Positions 63,506-64,000 of a stretch of 64,000 nt of DNA are shown here, in pieces. The notes under the pieces are model-generated. The model had not been told where the DNA came from. It did not search any database and saw nothing but the letters and a program-made list of their open reading frames with translations. The translations under genes were made by a program, and so were the position numbers. Source of the DNA: Malacoraja senta. Taxonomy: Eukaryota. The stretch's first letter is position 1, and the number at the start of each line of letters is the position of its first letter. The stretch is from assembly GCA_038087875.1 (NCBI GenBank), contig JAXLNO010000477.1, forward strand, positions 62,001 through 126,000, in the 5' to 3' direction.

Positions 63506-64000
63506 CAGCTGCACTCTTGTGTAAAGTGTTTAAGAATGAACTGCAGATGCTGGAAAAACGAAAGTAGACAAAAGTGCTGGAGAAACTCAGCGGGTGAGAC
63601 AGGATCTATGGAGCGAAGGAAATAGGTAACTATTTCCAGTCCGAAGAAGGGTTTCGGCCCGAAACGTTACCTGTTTCCTCCGTTCCATAGATGCTGCCTC
63701 ACCCGCTGAGATTCTCCAGCACTTTTGTCTACTCTTGTGTAAAGTCCTTTCTGAGTAATTTCCCTTATCTGTGCTGAATGCTAACCTGGTTCTGGAAGGG
63801 CAGAGTTTGGGGATAATGCAATAGATGAAGTAGTTTGCATCAAGAAGCCATTGGGATAACCTCAGTGGAAGCTTGAGAGTGATGAGTGGTGAGTGTGGAA
63901 TTCTCTGACTCAGAGGGCGGTGGAGGCAGGTTCTCTGGATGCTTTCAAGAGAGAGCTAGATAGGGCTCTTAAAAATAGCGGAGTCAGGGGATATGGGGAG

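Overview
Repeat-dense vertebrate genomic DNA, with no prokaryotic features. The repeat families and a GPR139-like exon suggest a cartilaginous fish, probably a skate or ray (inference). 1-3.7 kb is a decayed DIRS tyrosine-recombinase retrotransposon with a young CR1 LINE inserted in its RT. About 15.7-54.0 kb is a head-to-tail array of four 7-12 kb units (U1 15742-24663, U2 24664-35212, U3 35213-42152, U4 42153-53990), preceded by a partial copy (10975-14513). Each unit carries a Gypsy integrase/LTR remnant, a Penelope RT fragment, CR1 fragments, minisatellites and two minus-strand exons of a protein-coding (pseudo)gene I cannot identify. A much older, TE-shattered paralogue of that gene lies at about 3.7-11.0 kb. 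The right flank holds satellites, a Helitron-like element, Rex1-, Vingi- and Penelope-type remnants (the last with hammerhead-ribozyme-like motifs), and the TATA box and first coding exon of a GPR139-like GPCR. All alignments were made by eye, so element boundaries are approximate unless a junction is quoted.
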